From a virus, in the IMG/VR virus record IMGVR_UViG_3300027759_000002, positions 115,755 to 179,754 of that record: DNA of 64,000 nt; one strand, given 5' to 3'. The translations under genes and the position numbers were made by a program. Numbering within the stretch: position 1 is the stretch's first letter; each line of letters begins with the position of its first letter. The notes beneath the pieces are model-generated. The model was not told where the DNA came from. It did no database searches and was given only the letters and a program-made list of their open reading frames with translations. Positions 15,072 to 25,241 of the stretch are shown piece after piece.

Positions 15072-16139
15072 ATGAGTATATTAGACAAAATTAAAAAAAA
15101 TAGTAGTATTAAAGATTCTGCTATCTTAGCTAAATCAAAATTCTTCAATGCGAAGGATATGATTCCAACAGCGGTGCCAATTATTAACGTGGCACTTTCT
15201 GGTAAGTTAGATGGTGGTCTGACACCAGGTCTTACAATGTGGGCAGGTCCGTCCAAACACTTTAAGACTGCATTTAGTTTGTTGATGGCCAAATCTTACT
15301 TGGACAAATATCCCGATGCAGCACTACTATTCTATGATTCAGAGTTTGGTACTCCGCAGTCTTATTTTGACAGCTTTGGTATTGACACAGAGCGGGTGCT
15401 CCATACTCCTCTTACAGATATTGAACAACTCAAATTCGACATAATGGCACAGTTGACACAATTGGAACGTGGTGATAAGTTGATTATTGTCATTGATTCA
15501 ATTGGTAACTTAGCATCTAAGAAAGAGGTTGAAGATGCCTTAGCGGAGAAATCAGTTGCTGATATGTCCCGAGCCAAACAAGTTAAGAGTTTGTTCCGTA
15601 TGGTGACACCTCACTTATCATTGAAAGACATTCCAATGGTTGTTGTAAATCACACATACATGGAAATTGGTATGTTCCCTAAAGCTATTGTCGGTGGTGG
15701 TACAGGTTCATATTATTCAGCTGACAATATTTTTATTATCGGCCGTCAACAAGAAAAAGATGGTACAGAAGTTACCGGTTACAATTTTATTATTAACGTG
15801 GAAAAATCTAGATATGTCAAAGAAAAATCTAAAATACCTGTCAGTGTATCTTTTGATGGTGGTATTAGCACTTGGTCTGGTTTACTTGACCTTGCTATTG
15901 AGTCCAAACATGTGGTTAAACCAAAGAATGGTTGGTATCAACGTGTTGACACAGATGGTGTGATTGAAGAAAAGAATTACCGTGAGAAGGACACCGACAC
16001 CAAAGACTTTTGGATGCCTATTCTGAAACAGAAATCTTTCCGTGATTTCATTGAGAACAAATACCGTGTGGCATCCGGAGAAATTATGACAAGCAATATT
16101 GATGAAACATTTGATGTTGCAACCATGAATGGTGTATAA
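15072..16139 (+). CDS. uvsX: RecA-like recombinase UvsX
   Basis: AGPSKHFKT, FYDSEFG, IVIDSIGNLASKKE. Confidence 0.97.
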   Translation: MSILDKIKKNSSIKDSAILAKSKFFNAKDMIPTAVPIINVALSGKLDGGLTPGLTMWAGPSKHFKTAFSLLMAKSYLDKYPDAALLFYDSEFGTPQSYFDSFGIDTERVLHTPLTDIEQLKFDIMAQLTQLERGDKLIIVIDSIGNLASKKEVEDALAEKSVADMSRAKQVKSLFRMVTPHLSLKDIPMVVVNHTYMEIGMFPKAIVGGGTGSYYSADNIFIIGRQQEKDGTEVTGYNFIINVEKSRYVKEKSKIPVSVSFDGGISTWSGLLDLAIESKHVVKPKNGWYQRVDTDGVIEEKNYREKDTDTKDFWMPILKQKSFRDFIENKYRVASGEIMTSNIDETFDVATMNGV

Positions 16140-16459
16140 TGATTGAGGGAATAGATTACTGCTACATCTATCCAAAGGATGACAAAACAGCAGTCAACAT
16201 TAAATTTTTGGAAGGTCCTTATAAAGATACCATATTCAAATATGGTAAGGTAAAGTTTAAGGAAGAAAACGAACAGGCCTATTTACTTTTTGCTTACGAT
16301 GTGTTAGAATCACCTGTAAAGAAGCCAGCCAAACTGGAAAAAGATGATGACTTTAAAAACTACATTGGTGACTTATTGGTGGAAATAATGTCATCTAACA
16401 TGGAACAGGAAGTAATTGATGAAACTGGAACAGACGATTCTAAAAAATCTAATTTATAA
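16139..16459 (+). CDS. Probable gp40-like protein
   Basis: Occupies the gp40 position between uvsX and gp41; assignment mainly by synteny. Confidence 0.5.
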   Translation: MIEGIDYCYIYPKDDKTAVNIKFLEGPYKDTIFKYGKVKFKEENEQAYLLFAYDVLESPVKKPAKLEKDDDFKNYIGDLLVEIMSSNMEQEVIDETGTDDSKKSNL

Positions 16460-17810
16460 TGAAGAATATTTACGCAAGGTTTTACCATTTCTAAAATCAG
16501 AATATTTTACAGACAGAAGCGACAAAACATTATATGATGAGATTGCATCATTCACAGAAACTTACAATTCTACACCAACGGTTGAAGCACTTGTACTGGC
16601 CGTCAAAGAAAGGCGAAATCTCTCAGATGAGGAAGTGGAGAAGTGTGAATCTTATCTAAAAGAGATTGAGAAAACTAAAGGTGAAGAATCCAAGGTTCAA
16701 TGGCTTGTTGACAAGACCGAACAGTTTTGCCAAGAGAAGGCCATTTATAACGCTGTATTGGGGTCTATTTCAATCCTCGATGGCAAGGACAAAACCAATG
16801 ACAAAGGTTCGATTCCCAAAATACTATCAGATGCCTTAGCGATAAGTTTTGACAATTCTGTTGGCCACGATTATCTTGAAAACTCGGATGAACGATATGA
16901 TTTCTACCATCGTAAAGAAGAACGAATCCCTTTTGACTTAGAGTTCTTTAACAAAATCACAAAAGGTGGCTTGCCTAATAAGACGCTTAATATAGCTCTT
17001 GCCGGAACTGGTGTTGGAAAAAGTTTGTTCATGTGTCATGTGGCTGCAGGCTGTATGGTACAAGGCAAGAATGTTCTTTACATCACAATGGAAATGAGTG
17101 AAGAAAAGATTGCAGAACGTATTGATGCCAACTTATTGAATGTCACGATTGATGACCTTGTAAGTTTACCAAAAGATTTGTATGATAAAAAGATTAATAA
17201 ACTCCGTGAAAAGACTGTGGGTAAACTTATCATTAAAGAGTATCCAACAGCGTCTGCAAGCAGCATACATTTTCGTACCTTACTCAACGAGCTTAATCTT
17301 AAAAAGTCTTTTGTTCCTGATATTATTTTCATTGACTACCTCAATATTTGTTGTTCTTCTCGCATCAAAGCAGGAGCAAATGTCAACTCATATTCCTACG
17401 TTAAATCCATCGCCGAGGAGTTGCGAGGTCTTGCCGTTGAGTTCGGAGTACCTATTGTTTCTGCGACACAAACAACTAGAAGTGGATTTACTTCTTCCGA
17501 TCCCGGACTTGAGGACACAAGTGAGTCTTTTGGTTTGCCGGCAACCGCAGACTTGATGTTTGCATTGATTTCTTCCGAAGAACTAGAAGAAATGGGACAG
17601 ATTATGGTAAAACAATTGAAGAATCGTTATAATGATCCAACGCATTTCAAACGATTCACTCTAGGTATTGATAGGTCGAAAATGAGATTATATGATATTG
17701 AACAGTCTAGCCAAGATGGCATCACAGATTCTGGTCAAGATAAACCACTCAACACATTTGGTAACAGAGAGAAAACACAGAAGAAATCATTCGATGGATT
17801 TAAAGTATGA
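16419..17810 (+). CDS. gp41: Replicative DNA helicase (gp41)
   Basis: LAGTGVGKS, IFIDYL, SATQTTR, QLKNRY. Confidence 0.97.
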   Translation: MKLEQTILKNLIYNEEYLRKVLPFLKSEYFTDRSDKTLYDEIASFTETYNSTPTVEALVLAVKERRNLSDEEVEKCESYLKEIEKTKGEESKVQWLVDKTEQFCQEKAIYNAVLGSISILDGKDKTNDKGSIPKILSDALAISFDNSVGHDYLENSDERYDFYHRKEERIPFDLEFFNKITKGGLPNKTLNIALAGTGVGKSLFMCHVAAGCMVQGKNVLYITMEMSEEKIAERIDANLLNVTIDDLVSLPKDLYDKKINKLREKTVGKLIIKEYPTASASSIHFRTLLNELNLKKSFVPDIIFIDYLNICCSSRIKAGANVNSYSYVKSIAEELRGLAVEFGVPIVSATQTTRSGFTSSDPGLEDTSESFGLPATADLMFALISSEELEEMGQIMVKQLKNRYNDPTHFKRFTLGIDRSKMRLYDIEQSSQDGITDSGQDKPLNTFGNREKTQKKSFDGFKV

Positions 17811-18913
17811 AATTAGAATTTAATGATGCAGTTCATTGCGCCAAAGTATTTGAAGATTACTTTGGTAGTTTTGACCGTATTGATGAGTATATGCGTGACC
17901 AAAAGTTGAATTCTTTGGCCGAATTGCCATCCAATCCTTTGTTTCCGATTGAAGATGAGTTGTTTCAAGACTTCACAATGAATCCAAAAAATATGAATTT
18001 TGAGGTTGTCGAGATTGATAATGAAACTTGGACCAATCTATTGAACATCACTTCATCTCATGTAAACATTCCGCCAGTTGGCCGCAATGTTAAACTGGCA
18101 GTGCGTGAAACCAATACAGGAAAGTACGTAGGATTCATCCGTCTTGGTTCACCTGTAATCAACTGTAAGCCACGTAATGATATGCTTGGTCAAGTGTTTA
18201 CACAAAAACCTGAGTGGGGTAAACGATTCAATAATTCTGCAATGATGGGTTTTGTTATTGTACCTGCACAACCATTTGGTTATAATTACCTTGGTGGTAA
18301 ACTGTTGGCTGCAATCTGCACTTCACATGAAGTACGTGAGATTGTAAATGTAAAGTATGGAATGAACCTGTGTCTCTTTGAAACAACTTCTTTGTATGGT
18401 AGTTCAAAGACTGTATCGCAATATGATGGTATGAAACCATATATCAGATATAAAGGCCTGACAGATTCTGATTTTCTTCCTATGATGCACGGCAAACCTT
18501 ATTCTGACCTACGTGATTTCGTACAAGATAAAGTCGGACCTTTGGTTGAAGATGTTGCTTCTAGTAAGAAACTGAAAATCTCTATGAAGATTATTTCCCT
18601 CACTAAAGCTGCACTTAAAGGTACACCTGAAGGGGATACATTCATAGCAACGATTGGGAAAGCAAAAGGGTTGACAGAGCAAAAAAGATATTACACCAGT
18701 GACTATGGCTTTAAAAACATGGTTGACTATGTAAACTGTAAGACGGACGTGCTTATTCCTGGTGAAAACTATGAAAAACACAATCTGGTAAACTTGATTG
18801 AATGGTGGCGAAATAAGGCTTGTAATCGGTATGAAACTCTGTACAATGAGAAACGGTTAAAAACCGAACTAGAAATTTGGACTTCTGGAAAGGAGATCCA
18901 AATTATAAGATAA
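17807..18913 (+). CDS. DUF4338/DruA-like protein
   Basis: VGFIRLGS, VPAQPFGYNYLGGKLLA, ETTSLYG..SQY recalled from DUF4338. Confidence 0.6.
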   Translation: MKLEFNDAVHCAKVFEDYFGSFDRIDEYMRDQKLNSLAELPSNPLFPIEDELFQDFTMNPKNMNFEVVEIDNETWTNLLNITSSHVNIPPVGRNVKLAVRETNTGKYVGFIRLGSPVINCKPRNDMLGQVFTQKPEWGKRFNNSAMMGFVIVPAQPFGYNYLGGKLLAAICTSHEVREIVNVKYGMNLCLFETTSLYGSSKTVSQYDGMKPYIRYKGLTDSDFLPMMHGKPYSDLRDFVQDKVGPLVEDVASSKKLKISMKIISLTKAALKGTPEGDTFIATIGKAKGLTEQKRYYTSDYGFKNMVDYVNCKTDVLIPGENYEKHNLVNLIEWWRNKACNRYETLYNEKRLKTELEIWTSGKEIQIIR

Positions 18914-18916
18914 ATA
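18909..18916 (+). promoter_or_regulatory. Late promoter variant
   Basis: GATAAATA 20 nt before ATG 18936. Confidence 0.5.
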
Positions 18917-18935
18917 CTTTTTTTGAAGGTGTTAA

Positions 18936-20012
18936 ATGGCTTATACTTTTTTCCCAAAGACTGCAACGGAAATCAAGCAAACTCTAAAGGGTGATAAAGC
19001 AAAGATAGAAGATATAATCAATATCTTTGCTTATCTAAAATCAAAATTTCCAAAAGTTGAAACTCCAATCAATGTTGATCCTGCATCAATTGCTAAGATT
19101 AATGTTACAAGAGATTTACAAACGGATATTGACCTTGCTAAAATAAAAAGAGAAGCAAAGGTAACTAAAATTACCATGAAATTTGGTTCTGGATCATCTG
19201 GCGGCCGAGGTGTACAGAATAAAGGTAATGCATATGAGGGAGAACTTGCTGATGCATTGAGACAATGGTGGAAAGGTGAAAAGATAACCGACACAAAATT
19301 ACTTCAAGCAGTTGACGATATAGTTAAGCTTCATAAACTGAATAAATGTAAAAGTGTAGAAGTTAAAGAGGTTGGTGAATTAAACAACAAAAGACCTTTT
19401 ATATTCTCACCACAAGTTTTAATTTCATCTAAAATTCCTGTACGTGATAACAATCTGGGGCCCGTTGTTACCGACATTACATTAATTTGTGATAAGAAAG
19501 AAATCTTCCTAAGTTTGAAAACTGGCGGCACTGTTACCTTTTTCAACTCAGGCATCCGTACAGTTCTTTCACCAGCAGAAATCAAATCTGGTAAAATTAC
19601 AAATAAAGATGGTTTAAAAATTCTTAATATGTTTAATATCAACGATGCATTGTTTTGTGATATCTACAATGGTAAATTAAAAAAAGGTTATGTTGAAGAT
19701 GTTTGGAAAACAATGTCATCAAAACAGAAGAATGAATTGAAAAACTTTTTGATTTCTGGTGTTGGCCATGGTTATACTATCGTACATAAACTGACGGGTA
19801 AAACCGAAGTGTATGAAATTGATAAAGATTATATGACTTCAGCCGCTACACCAAACTCATGTAATGTATACTATGGTGGTAAATCTGGTACAGGTAAGCG
19901 TATTGACATGGAAATAGAAACGGGTCATTACATTCTTAAACTAAACATACGTGATACACAAGGTGGTGATGGTTATCCTACCCGTATGATGTGTGACTAC
20001 TCTTACAAATAA
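18936..20012 (+). CDS. Putative PD-(D/E)XK-like nuclease
   Basis: GNAYE...TDITL...IFLSLK arrangement. Confidence 0.55.
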   Translation: MAYTFFPKTATEIKQTLKGDKAKIEDIINIFAYLKSKFPKVETPINVDPASIAKINVTRDLQTDIDLAKIKREAKVTKITMKFGSGSSGGRGVQNKGNAYEGELADALRQWWKGEKITDTKLLQAVDDIVKLHKLNKCKSVEVKEVGELNNKRPFIFSPQVLISSKIPVRDNNLGPVVTDITLICDKKEIFLSLKTGGTVTFFNSGIRTVLSPAEIKSGKITNKDGLKILNMFNINDALFCDIYNGKLKKGYVEDVWKTMSSKQKNELKNFLISGVGHGYTIVHKLTGKTEVYEIDKDYMTSAATPNSCNVYYGGKSGTGKRIDMEIETGHYILKLNIRDTQGGDGYPTRMMCDYSYK

Positions 20013-20314
20013 TGGCACTAACAGATTTTGATAAAATACTAAAACAGTATGAGGACACCGAAAATGATTTCGGGTTCTCTGCTATTTCAGAACAGGAATA
20101 TAATTCCACAATTAAAGAGAGTGTACAGACCGTTGAGAATTACAAAGTTAATTTGACAGAAACGGAAAGACGCTTGGCTGAACTTGAGAAGATGATTATC
20201 CCTTTCCTAAAGAAACTACATAGTACAGGAGATAAAGAATATATCTACTGGCCTAATCGTAAACCAGCAATTGAAAAACAAATTGAGGCAATTTTAAAAT
20301 TAACTAGAGGATGA
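20012..20314 (+). CDS. Hypothetical protein
   Basis: DFGFSA and YIYWPNR motifs; overlapping start. Confidence 0.7.
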   Translation: MALTDFDKILKQYEDTENDFGFSAISEQEYNSTIKESVQTVENYKVNLTETERRLAELEKMIIPFLKKLHSTGDKEYIYWPNRKPAIEKQIEAILKLTRG

Positions 20315-20320
20315 TAAATT

Positions 20321-21043
20321 ATGAAACCGTTAGTGACTGTGATTACGCCTACCACAGGTGCACCGTGTGTACGTCAAGCGTTAGACTCGGTTAAAAACCA
20401 AACCTATGATAACATACAACACTTAGTTGTTGTTGATGGCCAACCAAAAGGTCGTGTGATAGCCAAAGAGTATCCACATATTGACCTAATCGACCTCCCA
20501 TACCCAACAGGAAAAGACCAATACAACGGACATAGAATATATGGTGCAATGACCTATATTGCAAACGGTGAGTTCCTATGTTTCTTAGATGAAGATAATT
20601 GGTACGAACCAAATCATATTGAAACCTTGGTTGATGTTATATCAAAGGGAAACAAATGGGCATACTCACTACGTAAAATCGTCAGCCAAGAAGGCGAATA
20701 TATATGTAACGATGATTGTGAATCACTAGGTAAATGGACCTCCGTGATTAATGATAAATTCATTGATGTAAATTGTTTTATGATACCTAAGGCCGCAGCA
20801 TTAGGTTTTTCACCTTACTGGTACCGCAGAGCAAGACATCCACAAGAACAGCCGGAAGTTGATAGAATATTGTCACCGTTTATGATGCAAAATTTACCAG
20901 AATTTGACACGAATGGCCAATATACAATAAACTATAGAGTTGCAAGCAGAGGAGATTCTGTTCAGGCGGAATTCTTTTTGAAAGGAAATGAGATGATGAG
21001 TAAACAATATAATGGAGATTTACCATGGACAAAAAAGACCTGA
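20321..21043 (+). CDS. Glycosyltransferase family 2
   Basis: VTVITPT, ALDSVKNQTY, VVVDG, CFLDEDN. Confidence 0.9.
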   Translation: MKPLVTVITPTTGAPCVRQALDSVKNQTYDNIQHLVVVDGQPKGRVIAKEYPHIDLIDLPYPTGKDQYNGHRIYGAMTYIANGEFLCFLDEDNWYEPNHIETLVDVISKGNKWAYSLRKIVSQEGEYICNDDCESLGKWTSVINDKFIDVNCFMIPKAAALGFSPYWYRRARHPQEQPEVDRILSPFMMQNLPEFDTNGQYTINYRVASRGDSVQAEFFLKGNEMMSKQYNGDLPWTKKT

Positions 21044-21885
21044 TTATAGGTGCATTTAAAAACTATAACTACGAACAAGTCAAACCTTGGATCGAATCAA
21101 TTAACGAATGTGGTTTTACCGGCGACAAAGTTCTAATTGCAATTGATGCGTCAGAGGAAACAATCAACAAGATTAGACAAGCCGGATTCACTGCAATATC
21201 TGCAAAATCCATGTCAGGCGCAATGTTTCACATGGAACGATTTATTCATATCTATGATTATCTGAAAAAACATAGTGGTCAATATCGTTATGTTGTAAGT
21301 ACAGATGTACGTGATGTAATCTTTCAAAACGATCCAATGGAATATTTGTCTCATATACTGACAGCAAATTCTGGTTATGATTTGATTGGTGTGTCTGAAT
21401 GTATACTAGTTAAAAATGAACACTGGAATCGTGACAACATTTTAAAATGTTTTGGTACATATTTCTATGAAGAAGTTAAAGACTATGAGGTTTTAAATGT
21501 TGGTACGTTAGCTGGCAAGGCACATGTTATTTCTGATTTGTGTGGTATGTTATACCAACTATCTTTGAATAGAGCCGATTGGGTTGCCGACCAAGCTGCA
21601 TATAATGTTTTAATGGGTTGGTATCCATATGTTGATATAACATACATCAGTGGTTTAAATGATGGATTCTGTTGTAACTTACATGTAACAAATAAACCAA
21701 TTGAGAAAGACCAATTTGCACCATTCATTACAGAAAAACATCCAATCTTTGAAGATGGTGTAATGAAAACTGGTGATGGTCAACCATACTACATTGTACA
21801 CCAATATGACCGAGATCCAGAATTGAAGAAATTTTATCATGATAAGTATAAGGTTGAAGAATTAATTACTTTTAGGACAACATAA
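21025..21885 (+). CDS. Putative GT-A fold glycosyltransferase
   Basis: VVSTDVRDVIFQ (DxD), LNVG, DQAAYN, VHQYDR. Confidence 0.7.
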   Translation: MDKKDLIIGAFKNYNYEQVKPWIESINECGFTGDKVLIAIDASEETINKIRQAGFTAISAKSMSGAMFHMERFIHIYDYLKKHSGQYRYVVSTDVRDVIFQNDPMEYLSHILTANSGYDLIGVSECILVKNEHWNRDNILKCFGTYFYEEVKDYEVLNVGTLAGKAHVISDLCGMLYQLSLNRADWVADQAAYNVLMGWYPYVDITYISGLNDGFCCNLHVTNKPIEKDQFAPFITEKHPIFEDGVMKTGDGQPYYIVHQYDRDPELKKFYHDKYKVEELITFRTT

Positions 21886-22688
21886 TGATTACTATTGTTA
21901 CTGCTTTTTATGACATTGGTCGTGGAGAATGGACACCAGACAAAGGCCTGCCACATTATCTACAAAGAACTACTGATACATACATTGAACGTTTTTCACA
22001 CATGGCTCAAATGGAAAATGAGATGGTCGTATTCTCTACGCCAGATATTATTGAGAAACTGAAACCTTTGCGTGGAGACAGACCAACAAAATTTGTTTCG
22101 TTTGATATTTTTAGTAAGTATGCAGATTTGATTAGAGATGTTAACAACATCCAGAAAACTGATGCATTTCAAAATTTAATTATTCCAGAACAGCGAGCAA
22201 ATCCGGAATATTGGAATGCACATTATGTGGTTGTTAACTTTCTCAAGTCGGTGTTTGTCAATCTAGCAATCAAACACAACATGATTAGTAATGAATTAGT
22301 TTCTTGGTTGGATTTTGGTTATTGCCGCACGGCAGAGAAAGTACCTACAAGCAAGAAATGGTCTTATAATTTTGATGTTAATAAGATGCATCTTTTCAAT
22401 TATAAAGAATATGATGATAAACCTATACATGAAATCATTGCAACAAACGATGTTTACATTCTTGGTGCAAAGATTGTTGGTGGTGTAACAGCATGGCCTA
22501 AGTTTGAATCTGCAATGAAAGAGTGTTTGATTGAATTGGGTACGAATGGTTTGATTGATGATGACCAAACACTTATGTTAATGTCATCAATCAAATATCC
22601 GGAATTATTTGAACTACATAAGATTCCAGACCACCAACTCGGACTTGATCCGTTTGTTATTTTTAGTGACTTTAATAAAGAGGTATGA
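21885..22688 (+). CDS. HtrL/YibB (WlaTC) family protein
   Basis: ITIVTAFYDIGRG, ENEMVVF, NPEYW, WLDFGY, DDDQ. Confidence 0.8.
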   Translation: MITIVTAFYDIGRGEWTPDKGLPHYLQRTTDTYIERFSHMAQMENEMVVFSTPDIIEKLKPLRGDRPTKFVSFDIFSKYADLIRDVNNIQKTDAFQNLIIPEQRANPEYWNAHYVVVNFLKSVFVNLAIKHNMISNELVSWLDFGYCRTAEKVPTSKKWSYNFDVNKMHLFNYKEYDDKPIHEIIATNDVYILGAKIVGGVTAWPKFESAMKECLIELGTNGLIDDDQTLMLMSSIKYPELFELHKIPDHQLGLDPFVIFSDFNKEV

Positions 22689-22689
22689 T

Positions 22690-23253
22690 ATGAGTGATAT
22701 AATTAAATTTAATACTGCAACACAAGCATTTGGTGTTGAACGTGGAGTAACCAAGTGTTCAGGTTATGGACTTGGTGAATTGACCAAAGGCATGAAAAAA
22801 GGTTTAGAGATTGGTTGTTCTGAGGCACACACCTCAAAGTTTCTATTGGACACCAATCCAGAATTGACCTTATATTCAATTGATCCTTATGTTGCATACA
22901 CGGACTGGAACGGTAATGTATTGAATGACCGAGAAGAATTCTTTGGCCGTGTCACAAAAGAGATGGCTGTTTATGGTGATAGATTTGTTTTGATTAGAGA
23001 CTTCTCAGACAATGTTGTTGACCAGTTCAATGATGAAGAATTTGATTTTATCTTTATTGATGGATTACACACCTACGAACAATTAACAAAAGACTGTCAC
23101 AACTATTACTCTAAGGTTAAAACTGGTGGTATCTTCTCTGGCCATGATTATCAAACAATTCCTGGTGTGAATAAAGCCGTTGGTGAATTCGCACCAACTA
23201 AAACCGACAAAGTTCTTACAACTGAATGTGATGTTTGGTACTGGTACAAATGA
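22690..23253 (+). CDS. Class I SAM methyltransferase (Methyltransf_24-like)
   Basis: GLEIG, SIDPY, DFIFIDGLHTYE, GG...GHDY. Confidence 0.85.
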   Translation: MSDIIKFNTATQAFGVERGVTKCSGYGLGELTKGMKKGLEIGCSEAHTSKFLLDTNPELTLYSIDPYVAYTDWNGNVLNDREEFFGRVTKEMAVYGDRFVLIRDFSDNVVDQFNDEEFDFIFIDGLHTYEQLTKDCHNYYSKVKTGGIFSGHDYQTIPGVNKAVGEFAPTKTDKVLTTECDVWYWYK

Positions 23254-23924
23254 AATCAATTTTTATCATAACATCTTGTTTGATACCTGCAATTGGTGTC
23301 TTTAGTCCAGAAGAACGTCTGAAACAAACACTAGAGACTGTTGATTCTATTAGAAATAAATCTCCAGATTCATTCATCGTACTTTCCGATGTATCAATAC
23401 AATCATTGACAGACCAGTATTCAGAACTTGTTTCTAAGGTTGACTTATTCTTAAATTTGAATCAAGTTGATTTTTTACTACACTTTACCAAAAACGGAAT
23501 GAAAAGCCAAGGTGAATGTGCGATGATGCATGTTGTATTGGACTATCTAAAACAGAATTCAGAATTATTAGAAGGTGTTGACCGCATATTTAAAATAACT
23601 GGTCGTCTACAACTTGATGATGGTTTTGATATTAATCACTATGATGGGTTGAATGGTAAATATGTATTCAAGGAACGCATACCAACATGGATGAGTGAAC
23701 CTATTCACGGAGCAACTCATGTTTTTGATACTCGCCTTTGGTCTATGTGTACGTCTTTGATTGATACTCATAAACAAGCCTTAGAAAAAGTGTTCCCTCT
23801 ATTAGGTCCAATAGACTTGGAACACGCATATTTTGCCGTTTTAGATAAAGAAAAAGTAGTAGAATTTGATAGAGTGTATTGCAGGGGCCAAGTGGCCTCA
23901 ACGGGTGAGTGGAAATTTGATTGA
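23250..23924 (+). CDS. Hypothetical protein, possible glycosyltransferase-like
   Basis: FIITS, RLKQTLETVDSIR, IFKITGR; inside the glyco cluster. Confidence 0.6.
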   Translation: MKSIFIITSCLIPAIGVFSPEERLKQTLETVDSIRNKSPDSFIVLSDVSIQSLTDQYSELVSKVDLFLNLNQVDFLLHFTKNGMKSQGECAMMHVVLDYLKQNSELLEGVDRIFKITGRLQLDDGFDINHYDGLNGKYVFKERIPTWMSEPIHGATHVFDTRLWSMCTSLIDTHKQALEKVFPLLGPIDLEHAYFAVLDKEKVVEFDRVYCRGQVASTGEWKFD

Positions 23925-23953
23925 TATAGAGTACTATATATCTAAGCCAAGAT

Positions 23954-23994
23954 TTGACAGATTTGTGAATCTGTGGTATAATCCATTATAAATA
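23954..23994 (+). promoter_or_regulatory. Tandem sigma70 and T4 late promoter
   Basis: TTGACA(23954)-17 nt-TATAAT(23977); TATAAATA 23987-23994; palindrome ACAGATT-TGTG-AATCTGT across the spacer. Confidence 0.8.
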
Positions 23995-24038
23995 ACCCTA
24001 CAGACAACCAAAGTGTGTTGTAATTCAATAGGTAGACA

Positions 24039-25241
24039 ATGTTATCATTCAAAACTTTTTTAACCGAGCAAGAGGATCCTGAAGAAGGCGCCAGCCGTCA
24101 GATTAAACATTTGACGCATGTGGAAGACCGTCCTCTACAAAATGGTGAAAAAGGTGCGGCACATGCCATCAAATCATTGTCAGCTGCAGCAGAACACATT
24201 AAGGCTGGTAATAAATCATCCGAACTAACCACAAAATATGATGGTTCACCAGCACTTGTTTATGGTCATCATCCAAAGACTGGTAAATTCTTTGTTGCAT
24301 CAAAGTCCGCTTTCAATAAGACACCAAAGATTAACTACACACCAAAAGATGTAGATATGAATCATGGCCACGCACCTGGTCTGGCCGCAAAGTTAAAAGA
24401 TGCACTAACGCATTTACCTAAGATTGCACCTAAGAGTGGTGTGTATCAAGGTGATATGATGTTTGGTACAGACAAAGAAGATAAGAAAACTGAAAAGGGT
24501 GGTGGCACATCGTTTCATCCTAATCCTTCTGGCCTGACATATACTGCACACGGAACACACGAAGGCGGAGTTAAGAAGGCAAAAATTGGTGTTGTAACAC
24601 ACTTATCATATCAAGGTAAAGATGCTGCAAGTCTAAATGCATCACATGAAGTAGACCACGAAAACTTCAATAAACACTCTGATGTATTCTCTGTTGATCC
24701 AAGAATGGACACATCAAAGGTGCATTTCAGTCCAGAAGAACAAAAGAAATTTACTAAACACATTACTGCAGCTCAAGCAGTACATGATACACATGGCGGT
24801 GACATGTATGCTGGTACTAGTGAACACCATGGTGTTGGTGGTTCATTAGAAACTTATATTAACCACACTGTGCGTACAGGTGAAGAATCTAACCATAAAA
24901 ACTTTAAGTCTTGGTTAGAAACAAACAAAAATAAAGCAATTGACAAACTTAAAGTCGAAAAGAACAAGAAGGTCAAACAATCAGCTTTAAAAGATGAATT
25001 GGGTAAAGTTGAACGTAATAAAAAACACTACAATAATCTTTTCAAAATGCATGGTGAGTTGCAGAAGGCTAAAGATACACTTATTGGTGTTATGAATCAA
25101 CACCAAGAGTTTCAACACACACACGGCGGAGAATCTGCGAATCCTGAGGGATATGTTTTTCATCACGGTAAAGAATCGGATAAATTAGTTAATCGTGCGG
25201 AATTCTCTCGTAGAAATTTTGCTGGAATAAGAAACATATGA
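24039..25241 (+). CDS. ATP-dependent ligase/nucleotidyltransferase-like protein
   Basis: TTKYDGS (motif I), VYQGD (III), EGYVF (IV), KLVNR (V). Confidence 0.6.
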   Translation: MLSFKTFLTEQEDPEEGASRQIKHLTHVEDRPLQNGEKGAAHAIKSLSAAAEHIKAGNKSSELTTKYDGSPALVYGHHPKTGKFFVASKSAFNKTPKINYTPKDVDMNHGHAPGLAAKLKDALTHLPKIAPKSGVYQGDMMFGTDKEDKKTEKGGGTSFHPNPSGLTYTAHGTHEGGVKKAKIGVVTHLSYQGKDAASLNASHEVDHENFNKHSDVFSVDPRMDTSKVHFSPEEQKKFTKHITAAQAVHDTHGGDMYAGTSEHHGVGGSLETYINHTVRTGEESNHKNFKSWLETNKNKAIDKLKVEKNKKVKQSALKDELGKVERNKKHYNNLFKMHGELQKAKDTLIGVMNQHQEFQHTHGGESANPEGYVFHHGKESDKLVNRAEFSRRNFAGIRNI

